A stretch of 64,000 nt of DNA from Leptogorgia sarmentosa. Taxonomy: Eukaryota. Below are positions 50,945 through 64,000 of the stretch, piece after piece; the stretch's first letter is position 1, and every line of letters starts with the position of its first letter. The stretch is taken from NCBI GenBank assembly GCA_964658305.1, contig OZ210885.1, positions 23,994,001-24,058,000 on the forward strand. The letters run 5' to 3'. The notes beneath the pieces are model-generated. The model did not search any database. It saw only the letters and a list, made by a program, of their open reading frames with translations, and had not been told where the DNA came from. Made by a program: the position numbers and the translations under genes.

Positions 50945-52005
50945 TATTTCAAATTTGAAATTAAATGTGAGAATTGAAAACGAGTCAATTAAACAAGTTT
51001 ATGAAACCAAAACTCTTGGAGTGACAATTGACCAGCATTTATCTTGGAAAACTAACAATGAGAATATTTGCAAGAAAATAACATATGGAATATGGGCTCT
51101 TGGACCTTTAAAAGAATTTGCTGATAAGCAAACTTTTTTTTCTGTATATAATGCTATTGTTCGACCATACTTCGATTACTGCAGTCAAGTATGGGATGTG
51201 TTTGGAGAAACGCAATCAAAAAGACTCCAAAAACTACAAAACAGAGCTGCTCGGATTATCTTAAATGTGAGCAATGATCACTCTACCGCATTGCATACAT
51301 TGGATTGGAAGCCACTTAAAGCCCCTTTTACACGACCAAATTTTCTTTGACAAATCTCATCTGTCAAATGTTCTTTGGCCGTGTATATTAGCGATTTCTA
51401 ACAAATTTATTTTTAATTTATTTTGACAGATGCATGAATTCAAAAGGCTAGGTTTTGAGCAAATGCATTTGACATATAAAATTTGTCAAAGAAAATTTGG
51501 TCGTGTAAAAGGGGCTTAAAACAGAAAGGAAGAAAAGTAAAGCAAAAACCATGTACAAATTATTCAATAAAATGGGACCCAAATCACTCGGTAATCTCTT
51601 CACATATAAGGGTGAGGTGTCAAACTACAAACTTCGGAACATTTCAAGTAGTCTTTGTTTACCACAACCACATACTAATAGTATGAAATAAAGTTTCGTG
51701 TATGACGGAGCACACCTTTGGAATTCTATTCCTAAAGAAATGAGAGAGAGCAAATCCTTTTCTTCCTTTCAAAAGAAAATCGCTACTCACATTGATTGCT
51801 AGCTAATTAATGCAGATGTTAATATTACCTGTATATAGATTACTACTTTGGTTTGTTAGTTCATATAATACTATAAATCTTATATAATTATGTAAATAGT
51901 TTTACAACCATTTTCTGTATACTTTTCGCACGCCCCTCATGGAAATCAGCTTCGGTTGACGGGGTCAGCGTGTTTAAATAAAGTTTTATCTCTCTCTATC
52001 TCTAT
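50945..52005 (+). mobile_element. L2-type LINE 3' fragment
   Basis: LGVTIDQHLSW, YFDYCSQVW, LQKLQNRAARII, GAHLWNSIP; AATAAA followed by a (TCTCTA)-like tail. Confidence 0.85.
51320..51516. mobile_element. PIF/Harbinger-type MITE (197 bp)
   Basis: ~36-bp perfect TIR agccccttttacacgaccaaattttctttgacaaat; TAA TSD; removal restores the LINE frame KPLKTERKK. Confidence 0.9.
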
Positions 52006-55000
52006 GCCAAGCTGTCACCCTCTATATCAAACTGAAGACTGTGTGCCAGTTGTATCGTTTTGGAATTTGCCTTCTTCATCAACATCAAGTGACTCGTCCT
52101 CACTCTCATTTTCTTCATTGTCTGTCAAAGCTTCTTCGTCATCGGGCCCTTGACTGTCGTCAGATGAATGATTGAACTCATGGACTGCTTTATTTGCCTC
52201 TTCTCAGAGTGATGCAGCTTTCGACATGGGGAATTCTTGGCATATCTTGCACATGCCTATGTCTGGGAGGTTGCACTGGAGATGAAACGAATGCCCACAG
52301 CCAAGAAAGACATGCCATAATGTGCTTGTGTGAGTGCAGTGGACCCTTCTCATGTCACTGTCTTTCAAATGCTTCTTTAGTAGTAGCAGTTACTATTATT
52401 GATACAGCCTCTTATGTTCAGTTTTTATCATATTAACACTGAAATAAAAGGAAGCTATATTTCAGTGTACATTTCACAAGTACTTTTGCGAAAGGTTTTA
52501 TGCAAGGTTGGTGGATTCGAGGGGTATTATTTATGCTTGGGCAAGGCAAAGTTTGGAGGACGATATCTCCCTCAAAATGCCATTCTTCACAAATCGCCAC
52601 GGTAATATTGTAGAAAAATCTTTCCTGAACAATATATTCTAATTTCAGATTAAAATATTAAGATTCCAATGGCAACAAAGCCGGAGAGTCAAGTATATAT
52701 CTGTACCCGTCTTTGTTTACAAAGTAGTGATTTACGCATTCTGATTGGGTTAGCGCGAAAATGTCAACAAATGCTCTGATTGGTAGACAACGAAATTCAC
52801 CCTTGTTACATATCTGAGATAGTTTGTCCGCTCTGGGTTCTGATTGGCTGCGCTGTGAAAAAAATGGTGCTCATTCCCACTAGTTGCTGGCTTGGTCTAA
52901 TTTGCTCTAATAGACTTTAAAAAGTTACAAAAGGTACTACCCAGTGCTCTGTCACTGTCTCTATTCAGATGTAAGTTAGAGCAAATTCAACATAAATTAG
53001 ATAGTAATTTATTGTCGCATGCAATTTTACTTCACTCAACTCGACCATCATACCTTGCCATGACACTGGACACAGCCATTTTTTTTGCTCTGGGTTTCAC
53101 CTTCTCCATCTTCTTGGCTACCTTGATTTGTTCCTCGTTCACCAGGTCATTGGTTCCAACATGAAGGATGACCGTTTCATATACCTCATCGGTGTCCTCA
53201 AACTTCTGTAGTATGTGGTCAACTGTGGCAACACTGTATGAGTGACAAATGGTCTTGACTCCTGCTGCTTTTACCATTTTGCTTTATTGTATGTGCTTGA
53301 CCATTGAGTCGCCAATCACAAGGGTACTGTTGGTTTCTTTGGGCTGCTTTGGTTGAATTGTTGTGGCTCTTAGTTTCGGCGTTTTTAAATTTCTGTTTCT
53401 GCTTTGCCTGGCACTTGTGAATTTGAGAGTGTATACGGCACATGATTTTCGACAGGCAGGCTAGCGTATCGATTTTGAAGTGCTGGTGTTGAAGAAGGCG
53501 TGGCGGTGGCATTGGATGTTTCGGACGATGGCGAAGAGGATGATCGTTGTTTCGACTCAATTTCCATCCATTCACTTTGTTTTATGTAATAGTGTTTTAA
53601 TTCTGTCACCGTGGCTTTTATGATGTCATTTTCAGTCGCCATATTTTTGTTTATTAATGTAGATTTTTCCACCTTGTCGCTTTTCTTCGAGTTTGTCAAG
53701 TCGAGCAATAATCTGTTCCATTTTACACTCAGATTCAGCTTCCATCAAGGTCATCTTTACCGCAGTGGTGGCATTTAGGCGATGGAACAGGCAAACATGT
53801 AGCATCGTTTAACATGTGGTTGTCAAGTGCTGGTTATTGTTTGCTACAAATTCTTTGTCTGCTTGGTCTTTAGCATGCTCTTTCATCATTTCAAACAGAT
53901 CGTTGTTATCTTTCTCGATTTTGATGTTGGTGCTGGCTAAGCCTTGCCATTTGAAGATATATTCTCTGTTTGAACTTATGAATCTTTTGGCTTCACCACC
54001 AGGTTATTTCCACTCACTTCACAGTTTCAAAACATCATTCGTAAATAGCTTTAATTGCTCGAATTGTCCATTCCATGACAATTGAGCACCAAGAATCACA
54101 AGAAGGTTGCTTTCCTGAGACAATTTATCGATTTAACAGATTTCGATGTATAATTCGTCAAATACGAAGAGCTTGAAATTGCTCGTTGTACGTGTCGCCA
54201 AGTGTTTACACAGTGGAATAGCATAATATTATTGCGTTGTAACTTTCTCACACCCAAAATGACTCAACATTTAATTCGAGAATATTTACACTAGAATAAT
54301 TCACTGAGACATAAATTCATCAATAATTCGTTGTTCCTGTTAAGAACCTCAATGATTAATGAACTTCAACCTGGTATTACATAGTATGTCCATGAATTAT
54401 CGGGATAGTAACAAATCCCTTGTGGTAGAGGAATGTGAAAAAAATTTCGAGTCTCTGCAAAGGAACGCCGAACAAGTGCTGGTGACTCGAGTGGAAGTTG
54501 ACCACAGCGCTTAATTTGTCCTGAAAGACCCTTAAGAGCTAAGAACCTAAGTTCTGTTGTCAATGTCAGAAGAGAAAAAGCTGTGCAATTGAAATGCCAG
54601 AGATGGACATTTACGAGATGTTTTGTTGAAGATGTTTCGATGTCGAAATGAGACGATGAAAAGTTCAACAAAATATAATTATAATAAACAACATACAGTA
54701 TACAAAAATGACTAAAAAAACCGGCTACTCAACTCAACAACGTGTGTCCCGCGCGTGTCGACCAGTACAAACTGTTCACATCCTCCTTAACAGGAGATGT
54801 AAGAAGAAACTTATGTCGAGTGGAAGAGTTAATTACGCACGAATTTGAAGTCAGAAATTATGACAGAGAAGTTCAAAGTTATATGCAGTATGAAGATAAC
54901 GAAGAGAGTAGATGGAGAGCTATGAGTACCAGAGGGACTTGAAGTTATAGTTAGAACTTTCCATAAACAGATGGAAGTCAGATGAGAGAAAGAGTGGCAC

Positions 55001-56019
55001 ACAGTCCTACAGAAGTGAGAGAAGTAAAGCATCAAGTGGAATGAGTATGAAAGAAAGAAAGATTCAGTGCGAAGAAGCAAGCATAAAGATGGATGAATTA
55101 TAACACAGGCAGGCAATGGAAAGAAGCCTGGAAGATACTGAAGCAGAGTACAGAAAGATGATCACAGAGATTGAAGAAAAGAGGAAAAGGGAGAAATTAG
55201 AGTTTTTGGAAGCAGAGACAACTAGGTATCCAAGGATAGTGCAAAGTTTCTACGAAGATATCGAGCTAAAGCTGATGTCGCTTGGCAGCCTGTTGAGATG
55301 CGAATTGCCGTTAAAAATCATTCCATGTAACATCAGCTCAAAGAAAAGCTTGATGTAATATAATAAAATAAATTAAAAGATTTTATAGCCAAAAAAAGGA
55401 AATCCGCACGTTCAAATTTCGCGTGCTCGACATTATGTTGAATCTGACCTCTGACCTTCACGTTATAATAATAAAACGGAGTGTAACAATGAACGGGCAA
55501 TTATGCAGTACTCAACAAATGTATAACCTGTAGGCTACCTCTGCGTAGTAATAGAAATTTAGTCTATTCACAATTTTAGGCCAACGTTAAATTTACTTTT
55601 GTTGGCCTTATGTAGTTTAATTCTACTTCTGCGGAGTTGAAGCATCCCTGAGTCGCCACTAATAATGTAACAATCTAGACAAGCAACCCAAGCTTACTGA
55701 AGCTGTCGGCTATTTTCTATCAGTATGATCATGAATCATATCGTCTCTTTAGTCGACTAAAATAGATTACAAAGCAAAAGCGAGCAACTGGCTGAATTTG
55801 ATTGCAGTAAATTATTTTTTTACATTGGGAGTACATGAATGGCAATATTTCCATAACCGCTAGGCAGCGACCATAGCGAGAACAAATGGAAACAAACACG
55901 TTCAAATAAATGCGTGAAGCGAATATATTGACCATTATATATCGATCGTATGAACTAAATAAGGTTTAAAATTATGGTTTTCTTGTTGCGACGAGTTTAC
56001 TATGTTACTGCATTAAGTG

Positions 56020-59000
56020 TGTTTGAGTTACAATACTGAATCTTTATTCAAGATATGGGCGTATATATATGAACTAATAATTATACATAAATTATGCATG
56101 CTAATGTAACATCTCCCTTTTCTTACAATATTTTTTTTTTTTTAAATGACAATAGTTTCTTCTAACATAAATGTGTTCCTTTTTTTTTTTGTGAATAGAA
56201 GTTTAATTAAGTGGCATGTTGTTGTACTGACAACACATCAACAAATGATATAGCACTGTCACGAAATATATTATGATTGAACATGGTCACCATATCTGAT
56301 CGGCGCTTTAATTATTCTGGTTCGTGTTCGTTTAATAGATGTGGCCTGGTCTTTTGGAGGTGTTATTCTGCTTTCGGTTGACCTTGCTCCATCACTCTGG
56401 CTTGTCGCTGGCTTTATTTTATCCGGGCTAATGACCAGTTCTTGGGCTGGTGGCTGGGGTGTACACATCTCTTCATGTGCCTCTGTGATAGGTCCACTTT
56501 CTTCTGATGGTAGATACGTGGTTGGATGTGTGGCTAAGCCAGTATCACGTTTCGGTCTCAATGCTTGCTGGTTTCGACGCATCACTTCTCCATTCAATTT
56601 TACCAAGTATGAGCGATCTGAAAGTTTTTTCACACACTTTCCAACATCCCATGTTTTATTCTTCTGACTGGCAACTCTTATTTCCTCTCCAACATCTAAT
56701 GGAGGCAGATTTTTCGTTGATTTGTCGTGGAAAATCTTTGCCTTCTGCCTCTTCGTTCGTAATTTCTCCTGTACGTTTTCCTCCACTTTGGGATGTAAAA
56801 GCGTTGAGGAAACAGGAACACGGGTCCGAGTCCTGTGCGACATCAATCTTTGCACTGGGCTAAAGTCCACACCTTGAGTCGGTGTGTTTCTGTAATCCAA
56901 TAGTGCCAGCCATGGGTATTGATCTCCTCGTTGTGCTTTCTTGAAGAGAGTCTTCACTATCTTCACTGCCGACTCAACTTTTCCATTAGACTTCGGATGA
57001 TACGGCGAAGAAGACACATGTTTGAATTCCCATTCTCTGCAGAAATGGCTGAATTCTTGACTGGTGAATTGTGGACCATTGTCGGTCACCAACACATCTG
57101 GTATTCCATGACGACTGAACTGCTGTTTCAGAAACTCTATCACTGTTGTGGTGGTGGTATCGTTCAACTGACTGGCTTCTATGAAATCTGAGTATGTGTC
57201 CACAAGCACAATATAATCTTTGGACTTGAGGCTGAACAAGTCACATGACAACCTGCTCCATGGACGACTAGGAATTTTGTGGGTCTGCATGGGCTGTTGT
57301 ACGTTCCTCGGTTGGTATTCTGCACACACTTCACATCTCTCGACAGCTTCCTGTATATCTTTGTTCATGGAGGGCCAGAAAACTAGATCTCTTGCCTTCC
57401 GCAGGCAGGCTGAGATCCCTTGATGTGATGAGTGAGCTCTTGATGTTACCTCAGGTCGCATGGCTTTGGGTATGACCACTCGTTGATTCTTGAACACTAC
57501 ACCATCATGAAGGCTCAGTTGCTCTCTGAAATTCCAGTACTGCCTGATATGTTCTGGAACCTCATCTCTCTTCTCTGGCCATCCGATTAGAATTGTTGTC
57601 TTCAAGGTCTGCATGACTGGATCCTGCTCAGTCGTCCTTTGTAGCTGTGGTAGCCTCTCATTACTTATTGTTATTGCATCAAATGGATTGATCTCTTCCA
57701 CTTCAACTGCAAACACTTGAAACTCGTCATCTTCTGGACTAACATCTGGTAGTGAAGCTCTTGACAAGTGATCTGCGATGTACATCTGCGAGCCTGGTTT
57801 GTAGACAACTTCCAGGTTGTATCTCTGCTGCCTGAGCAACATTCGTTGTAGTCGGCAGGGTGCACTTAGGAGTGACTTCTTAAAAATGGACTGCAACGGT
57901 TTGTGGTCTGTCTCTATGGTTACTTTCTCTCGTCTGGCCAAGTATTGTGAGAACTTATGACATCCAAACGCAATTGCTAAACATTCCTTTTCTATTTGTG
58001 CATAGTTTCGCTCTGTGGAAGAGAGAGTTCGCGATGCGAAAGCGACTGGTTGCCCATTCTGAAGAAGTGTTGCACCAAGTCCTCGCTCGCTGGCATGGCA
58101 TTGTAGCGTAACTTCTTCATCGACATTGTAATACTTGAGAATAGGGGCTTTGGCAAGCAGATTCTTGACGTCCTGAAAGGCTTTGTCATGTTGCTCTGAC
58201 CAAACAAACTGTGCATTTGCATGGGTCAACTCTCTCAACGGTTGTGCGACTTCCGATAACTTAGGCATGAATTTTGCCAAATAATTGACAAAACCCTTAA
58301 GGTCTCTTTCTTGCACGTTGGCTTTGGCATATCTCTAACGGCTTTCTCTGGATCTGGTTTCAGCCCATCTTTGCTCAGTACATGTCCCATGAATGTAACT
58401 TCTGTTTTCTTCAAATTCATCTTCTTACTGTTGACCTTTATGTTGGCTTCTCTTGCTCTGTCAAGGAGTCGCTTAAGGCTTTCATCATGATTTTTTTCTG
58501 CTTTTGCTAACATATCTCCATATCCAACAACCAACAGATCATCTCAGATGATTTCCACACCTTCTACATCATGTAGGACTTCATGCAGTCGACATTCAAA
58601 CTCTTCTGGAGCTATGTTGATACCGAAAGGCATTCTGAGGTACCTGTACCTGCCAAAGGGGGTCCAAAACGTTGTTGTTTTGCTGCTTTCTTCATCAAGT
58701 CCAATCTGGTAATAGCCATCTTTCAGATCTAAGGTACTGAACAACTTTGCTTTATTCAGATTGGGAAGAATCTCTTCTAAGGTTGGCAACTGGTATTTCG
58801 GTCTCAATAGAGCCTTGTTCAAGTCCTTTGGATCAAGGCAGATTCTAATCTTTCCAGGCTTGGCAACTACGACCATGCTGCTGATCCATTCTGTTGGTTC
58901 TGTTCTTTCTTTATGATGCCTTTCTTCTCTAGCTCATCAATCTTTTCTTTTACTTCTTTCTTCAGTGCCACTGCTATCCGTCTAGGTGCATGTTGTGTTG

Positions 59001-60587
59001 GAGGGTGGCTTTGGTCTACGACAAAGCTACTGGCGTTCCCAATGTGTCCAAGGCCTTCAAACACCTCTTTATATTCTTTTAGAATCTTCTCTTTAGTGAG
59101 CGGTATTTGCTTCTTTGCTTCAGTCTCTACGTTGTTAACTGGCAGGGTAATTTCTTCCGCAAGTGTGATCAATCCTAGTTGTTCACACGTCTCTGCTGAT
59201 AGTAATGGTTTGCTTGTCTTGTCTTGTCTACAACTTGAAATTTTAGTTCCACTGTTGAACCCTTTCCATGAGCTTTCAGTATCGTCTCCCCGCAAGGTTT
59301 AATTGTTGATCCATCAAATAATCGTAGCTTAACTTTGCTTTTCTCCAACTGAAGATCTGCTGTTTGGCTGATTACTGCTACATCTCTATAGCTAATGATG
59401 TTGCAGGTTGCTCCGGTATCTATCTGGCATTCTGTCTCAGTGACGAACTGACCCGTTTCATTAGACAAGTTTAAGTTGACTAATAGTTGTTTGCCCGGCG
59501 TTTTGATAGCAGAAACTTCTATCTTAAGTATGGGGTCTTCATCTTCAGAAAATTCCTCATCCGATTCGTCGGTTTCGTGTGTAACCATCTTGACATTTCG
59601 TCTTTGAGACTTTTGTTGAAAAGGCGTCTTTCCTTTCTGCCGACAAACCACTGCAAAGTGATTGGGCTTTGAACATATTCGACAGGTTTGGCCATAAGCG
59701 ATGCATTCTTCTCGCTTGTGTCGACCTTGTTTACCACAGCGATTGCAAATTTCTTGCGTTTGCTTCGTCGCTTTTGTTCCAGCTTCGCTCCGTGTACTTT
59801 CTTTGTACTTTCGTCTCCTTTGATATTTCGCTTGAATCGCATTGATTTGCTCCGAGTTGTTTGTTCGTTCGGACTTCATCGACTTTAACTCCATGCTTGC
59901 TATTTCACTGGATCGACAAATGTTCAAGGCTTTGTTGAGATCTAAGTTCTCCTCTTTTAACAGTCTTAGTTTCATTGTCTTGTCTTGTAGTCCCATCACG
60001 ATACGATCTCTGATCAATTCATCCGTAAGCGTGCCAAATTTGCATGTTGAAGCGGCTTTTCGTAATCTGTTAACGAACCCATCAATGCTTTCGTCTGGAC
60101 TTTGTACGCACGAGTTAAACACATATCTCTCGTACACAACGCTTGTTTTCGGCTTGAAGTATTCCTCTAATGCTGTGATGCTTGCTAAGATGTCTCCTCT
60201 TTGCTCTTCGTTAAGTTTCAGGTTAAGAAATATTTCCAAGCAATCTTTCCCCATAACTGAGCGAAATGTGGCGAGACGAATGGCTTGACTTGGCCTGTGG
60301 CAAGTTCAAAGTCTTCCCATTGTTGTCTGAAGAAGTTCCAGCTGTTGATCCGATCTCCGCTTACTTTCATAGGCGCTGGAATCGGGAAATTTGACGTAAA
60401 ATTTAAAGCTGTAGCGGCTGGCAACGGTTGTTCGCCCTGATCCATCTTTTCTTTTACTTCGTTCTTCTAGGTTTATTTCAACACTCCTGACACCATGTTT
60501 GAGTTACAATACTGAATCTTTATTCAAGATATGGGCATATATATATGAACTAATAATTATACATAAATTATGCATGCTAATGTAACA
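56020..60587 (-). mobile_element. Full-length Gypsy (Mag-like) LTR retrotransposon, frameshifted
   Basis: 92-bp LTRs 56020-56111 and 60496-60587 (1 mismatch); TSD aagtg; PBS TGGTGTCAGGAGTG; PPT AGAAAAGGGAGA; gag knuckles, IDTGA protease, MPFG RT, RNase H, TDNGPQF integrase. Confidence 0.96.
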
Positions 60588-61037
60588 AAGTGTACCCTCA
60601 AGGCAAAGACGACAAACTAAAAAATGTATGCAGATTTATAATGTCCACGGCAGCAGTTGATAGTATGGGCTATGGCTATTTTTATTCATGACAACCCATA
60701 CTTGTTTTCTAGATTCATCGCAGATATTCCAATAACATTTTAACCGCTTTGGCAACATGTTCAAACATTCTTCAAACTTGGTCACATTACTGATTCAATG
60801 TCGCACTCCTTAGCGTCCGCCACATTGTATTACACAAATATATCATCACACAGACACGTGCTGAGTTGCAATTTTCGCACAAACCAAATTCCGGAAGGGC
60901 TTTGCGGCATTTTGTACTAAACGTGAGGCATCTTAGATTACATTACTTCCCTAGCTAAATTTCTTATCCATACGAATAACAGCAAACAATGATGAACAAT
61001 AGCATAACGTTACAATTGGATAATTTTTGCTTAAAAA

Positions 61038-64000
61038 TTATAGCCCTTCGATATCACATGTGAACGCTGCCCTTTCTTGGCGAAATCGGCAAAGTACGCC
61101 GATTAGCATGTTCGTTAAATCGGGTCCCTGCAGCAGATGTTGATTTAATGATTGACCTTCAAATTCAGCCGAACAATCAAACACGACCCTGATCTTCTCG
61201 GGTTTATGTGGATGATACACTCCGTGGTGCGGTAGATACCAGGTTTCTCCGTCTCTAATTGGTGCTTTCTCTGCGTACCCCTTTTTCAACATGTCATCGA
61301 TAAAGTTGACGTAATCGGTTTTGTATTTGGCATCTTTACCAAACTTCGATTTAAGCCCATTTAATCTTGATTCCGCGAGTTTTCGATTGCAAGGTAAAGC
61401 CACATCTTCGCTTCGAAAGGGAAGTGGTAGTTCATAATGTCCGTCGTTGGTAGTATGAATTTCCCTATTCGTTATGTCCAGGAACTTTCGGCCATCTAGC
61501 GACATGGGTTTATCTCTTTTCCTTTCCGAGAAATCTTGCTCAAACATTCTCACAATTTTATTGGGATCAAAAACTTCCTTCACTTGAGTTGGGATCAAAC
61601 ACTTCCTTCACTTGAGTGGTCTCCATGAAGGTTGAACCGATGTTTTGGCTGGTAACGTCCTTCGTTATAATTCGATGGCAATGCATTCTGCTGTTCTCGA
61701 GCTTGGATTGACTTCGAGTTGTCACCCCGATTAAACCCCATCCGAGTGCAGTTCGAATAGCATAAGGGTCTTGGGGCTTTCCAGGAATGACGTCACATGG
61801 CTTAATTGCTTGCACACAATTATTACCAATTAGGAGGCCGATTTCTATGTCATCACGATACTCGGGTATTTCTTTAGCGATTCGACGCAAGTGTTCCCAA
61901 TTCGTTGCCATTTCCGTTCTCGCGATCTGATCTCGTCATGCCGGGATGCTCTCCCTGGAGTATGCTTTGGGTAGGGGAATATCCACTGACTTATCTTCTG
62001 GTGAAACGATTATACCATTTATCTTCTGGGTTTTGATGTTTCCTACAGCGTGCATAGTCCCTAATTCAATCACCGTCTCTGGACCTTCGATATCTAACTC
62101 GTTGCAAACGCCGTCCGTTATAAAACATGTGTCGCTCTGGTCATCTAGCAAAGCGTACGTCATTATTTTCCTTTCTGGATTGTCCTAGTGACTTATCCAT
62201 ACTGGGACTATCAACGACGACGTAGTAACATCATTGCTATCATTGCTATGGCATAATACCACATGGTTTGCCACTCTTTGCCTTTCCTCCTGCGACACTT
62301 TGGTCTCTTTCCGCTCTTTGGTTTCGTTCTTGCGCTCGAAATGGAGGATCGTGGCGCGAGGTTTCTTGCAAGTCTGACATCTACTGGATTCTTTGCACTG
62401 CTGGGTTCTATAACCTTGACGCAGACACAGAAAGCAAAGTCCCTTTGACTTGGCTATCTCAGAACGTTCCTTTACAGACTTTTTCAGGAAAACTTCACAG
62501 TTCTCCAATTTGTGAGGCTTGTCACATACGAGACAGGTGGTAACCCGAATGTTTTTCTCGCTGTCATCAGGTCGTTCGCTGTACTTACTGGTGTTGAATG
62601 AGCCAAATCTTCTCTTTGTGTCCGGCTTTCTTTCTTCTGGTTTCTTGTCTTTCAGGATTTCTTTCCTTTTAGATAACAACGCTTCACGTGAGAAAACTGG
62701 ATGTGTAGCGTCCCTTGCTGCTCTTTGCAGTCGTTGAAGTCGTACTTTCCTTTCTTTAACTCTATTTCTTTTGAGCTTTGCAACCACTTGTTGCCATAGT
62801 AGGATGGGAGCCTTGCAACCAGGTCTTGAATCGCAGAAAAGGTGTCAAAGTCTTCTCCGTTTTCATGGTTTCGTGCAGCGATACGACAAAGTCACTGAAT
62901 TTTTGAAGCTCCGAGCCTTTGTTACATGCTGGCCAAGATTTTAGTCTCTCACAGTATGCCTCGTAAATTCTGAATGGGTCCCCAAAACGCTCTTTCAAAA
63001 TCTGCCTCGCTCTCTTATATGCATCTTCGGTTTGTAGCCCCAACAAACCATTAATCATCTTCTGGGCTTGGCCGCTAGTATACTCCCCCAGGTAATATAA
63101 CTTATGCCCAGGGTTGACAGCCTCACTATCAATCAACGCATCAAAGGCTGCGACCCACTTTGGGTAGGACAGAATGTTGCCGCTAAATACTGGTGGTTTG
63201 GGAATAGGCAAAGACATCTTCTTCATCAATGCCACTTGTTGCCTTTGAATCTCAATTGTGTCAACTTGGATTTGCTCTAACAACTTTGTCGATGGTTGCG
63301 ATTCAGATTTTTGGGGTGAATTTGATATGAAGGATGGGGAAGCTGGATTCAAGGGTTTGGGGGTTGAAGGATTTGGAGGGTTAGCAATGTTATTGGGCAC
63401 TCCAGGGCTCTCTTGGTTGTCCTGATCAGGAAGAACAGTTTCTCGGAACTCAGTGGCGTTTTCATGCATGACTGGTTGTGCTGGTGGAGTGTCATTACAG
63501 GGTGATATGGTACCCCCCTAGAGTGTTTGGTGTAGTGCTTCCGCAGCATTGATCTCACCTTGCAAGTGTTCTTGTTCCAGTTTCCTTTCCAGCTCTCTCT
63601 GGTGATTCTTAAGCTCTTCTTGCTGTCTTTCAAGATCTTGCTTTCTCTTCAAACTGAGCATCTTTTCTCTCAAAGCTGCGGCACTTGCAGCTGCTTGTTT
63701 GGATGACGTAGATGAAGCTCTTGAAAGTCTAGACAGCTGACTTCCGCTGCTTCTAGATTTTCGTGAGAGCATTTCGTGCCTCTCTTGTATTAGATCGTTT
63801 ATTTTAGTGCTAGCATCAGCAACACACTCAAGGAAGCTTTCACGTATTTCATCGAAAAACCTGATCCTCGACCCCATTCCGATCACCCCATTCATGGAAG
63901 CGCTTAAAGTCATCCATATCCATAGTTACGCCACCCTTACTAGCTGATAACCTTACAATATCAGTACATTGTTCTCTGAGAAGACTGTCTAAACGACATA
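61038..64000 (-). mobile_element. BEL/Pao gag-protease-RT start, degenerate, truncated in RT
   Basis: PPVFSGNILSYPKW; three Cys/His knuckles; YALLDDQSDTCF; WYLPHHGV..RVVFDCS; LLQGPDL; CDIE; ~28-bp duplication near 61561-61617. Confidence 0.93.

Larger units (their letters stand above)
50480..52809. mobile_element. Non-autonomous long-TIR DNA element with ATAT TSD (Sola1-like)
   Basis: ~245-bp inverted repeats 50480-~50727 and ~52563-52809; ATAT at 50476-50479 and 52810-52813. Confidence 0.75.
50159..54200 (-). mobile_element. L2/CR1-type LINE 5' part (ORF1 with SGNH esterase, start of APE endonuclease), split by a Sola1-like insertion
   Basis: IGDSMVKHI and VILHVGTNDL at 53032-53330; LNIVSL..NETRLD..RKDRTRSGGGV at 50159-50400. 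Confidence 0.8.

Noticed and set aside
54742..55358. Glu/Lys-rich short ORFs, possibly one broken gene
   Set aside because: No recognisable motif and multiple stops; no call can be supported

Overview
Repeat-saturated animal genomic DNA; the 18S fragment and repeat repertoire look cnidarian (probably anthozoan). No intact conserved host gene is evident. The window is a stack of nested, mostly decayed transposable elements. Retroelements: three BEL/Pao pieces, one full-length Gypsy with 92-bp LTRs, two tyrosine-recombinase retrotransposons (Ngaro-like; PAT/DIRS-like with methyltransferase), a Penelope-like element with a hammerhead ribozyme, R2, Tx1 and several CR1/L2 LINE pieces. DNA elements: hAT, P/THAP9, Kolobok-like, Sola1-like, Zator-like and several MITEs. 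At 4.95-15.2 kb a deleted rDNA relic (28S with R2 at its canonical site, then 5'ETS and 18S 5' half) has been invaded by further insertions. Most notable: (i) a Tx1-clade LINE whose 3' end abuts the first nucleotides of a U1 snRNA sequence, a candidate U1-targeting retrotransposon; (ii) a complete TIR/TSD-bounded Zator-like transposon carrying a second, intact, spliced SAM-domain gene head-to-head with the transposase; (iii) a minus-strand bias of retroelements, as in a piRNA-cluster-type locus. All calls are by eye; family names need database confirmation.
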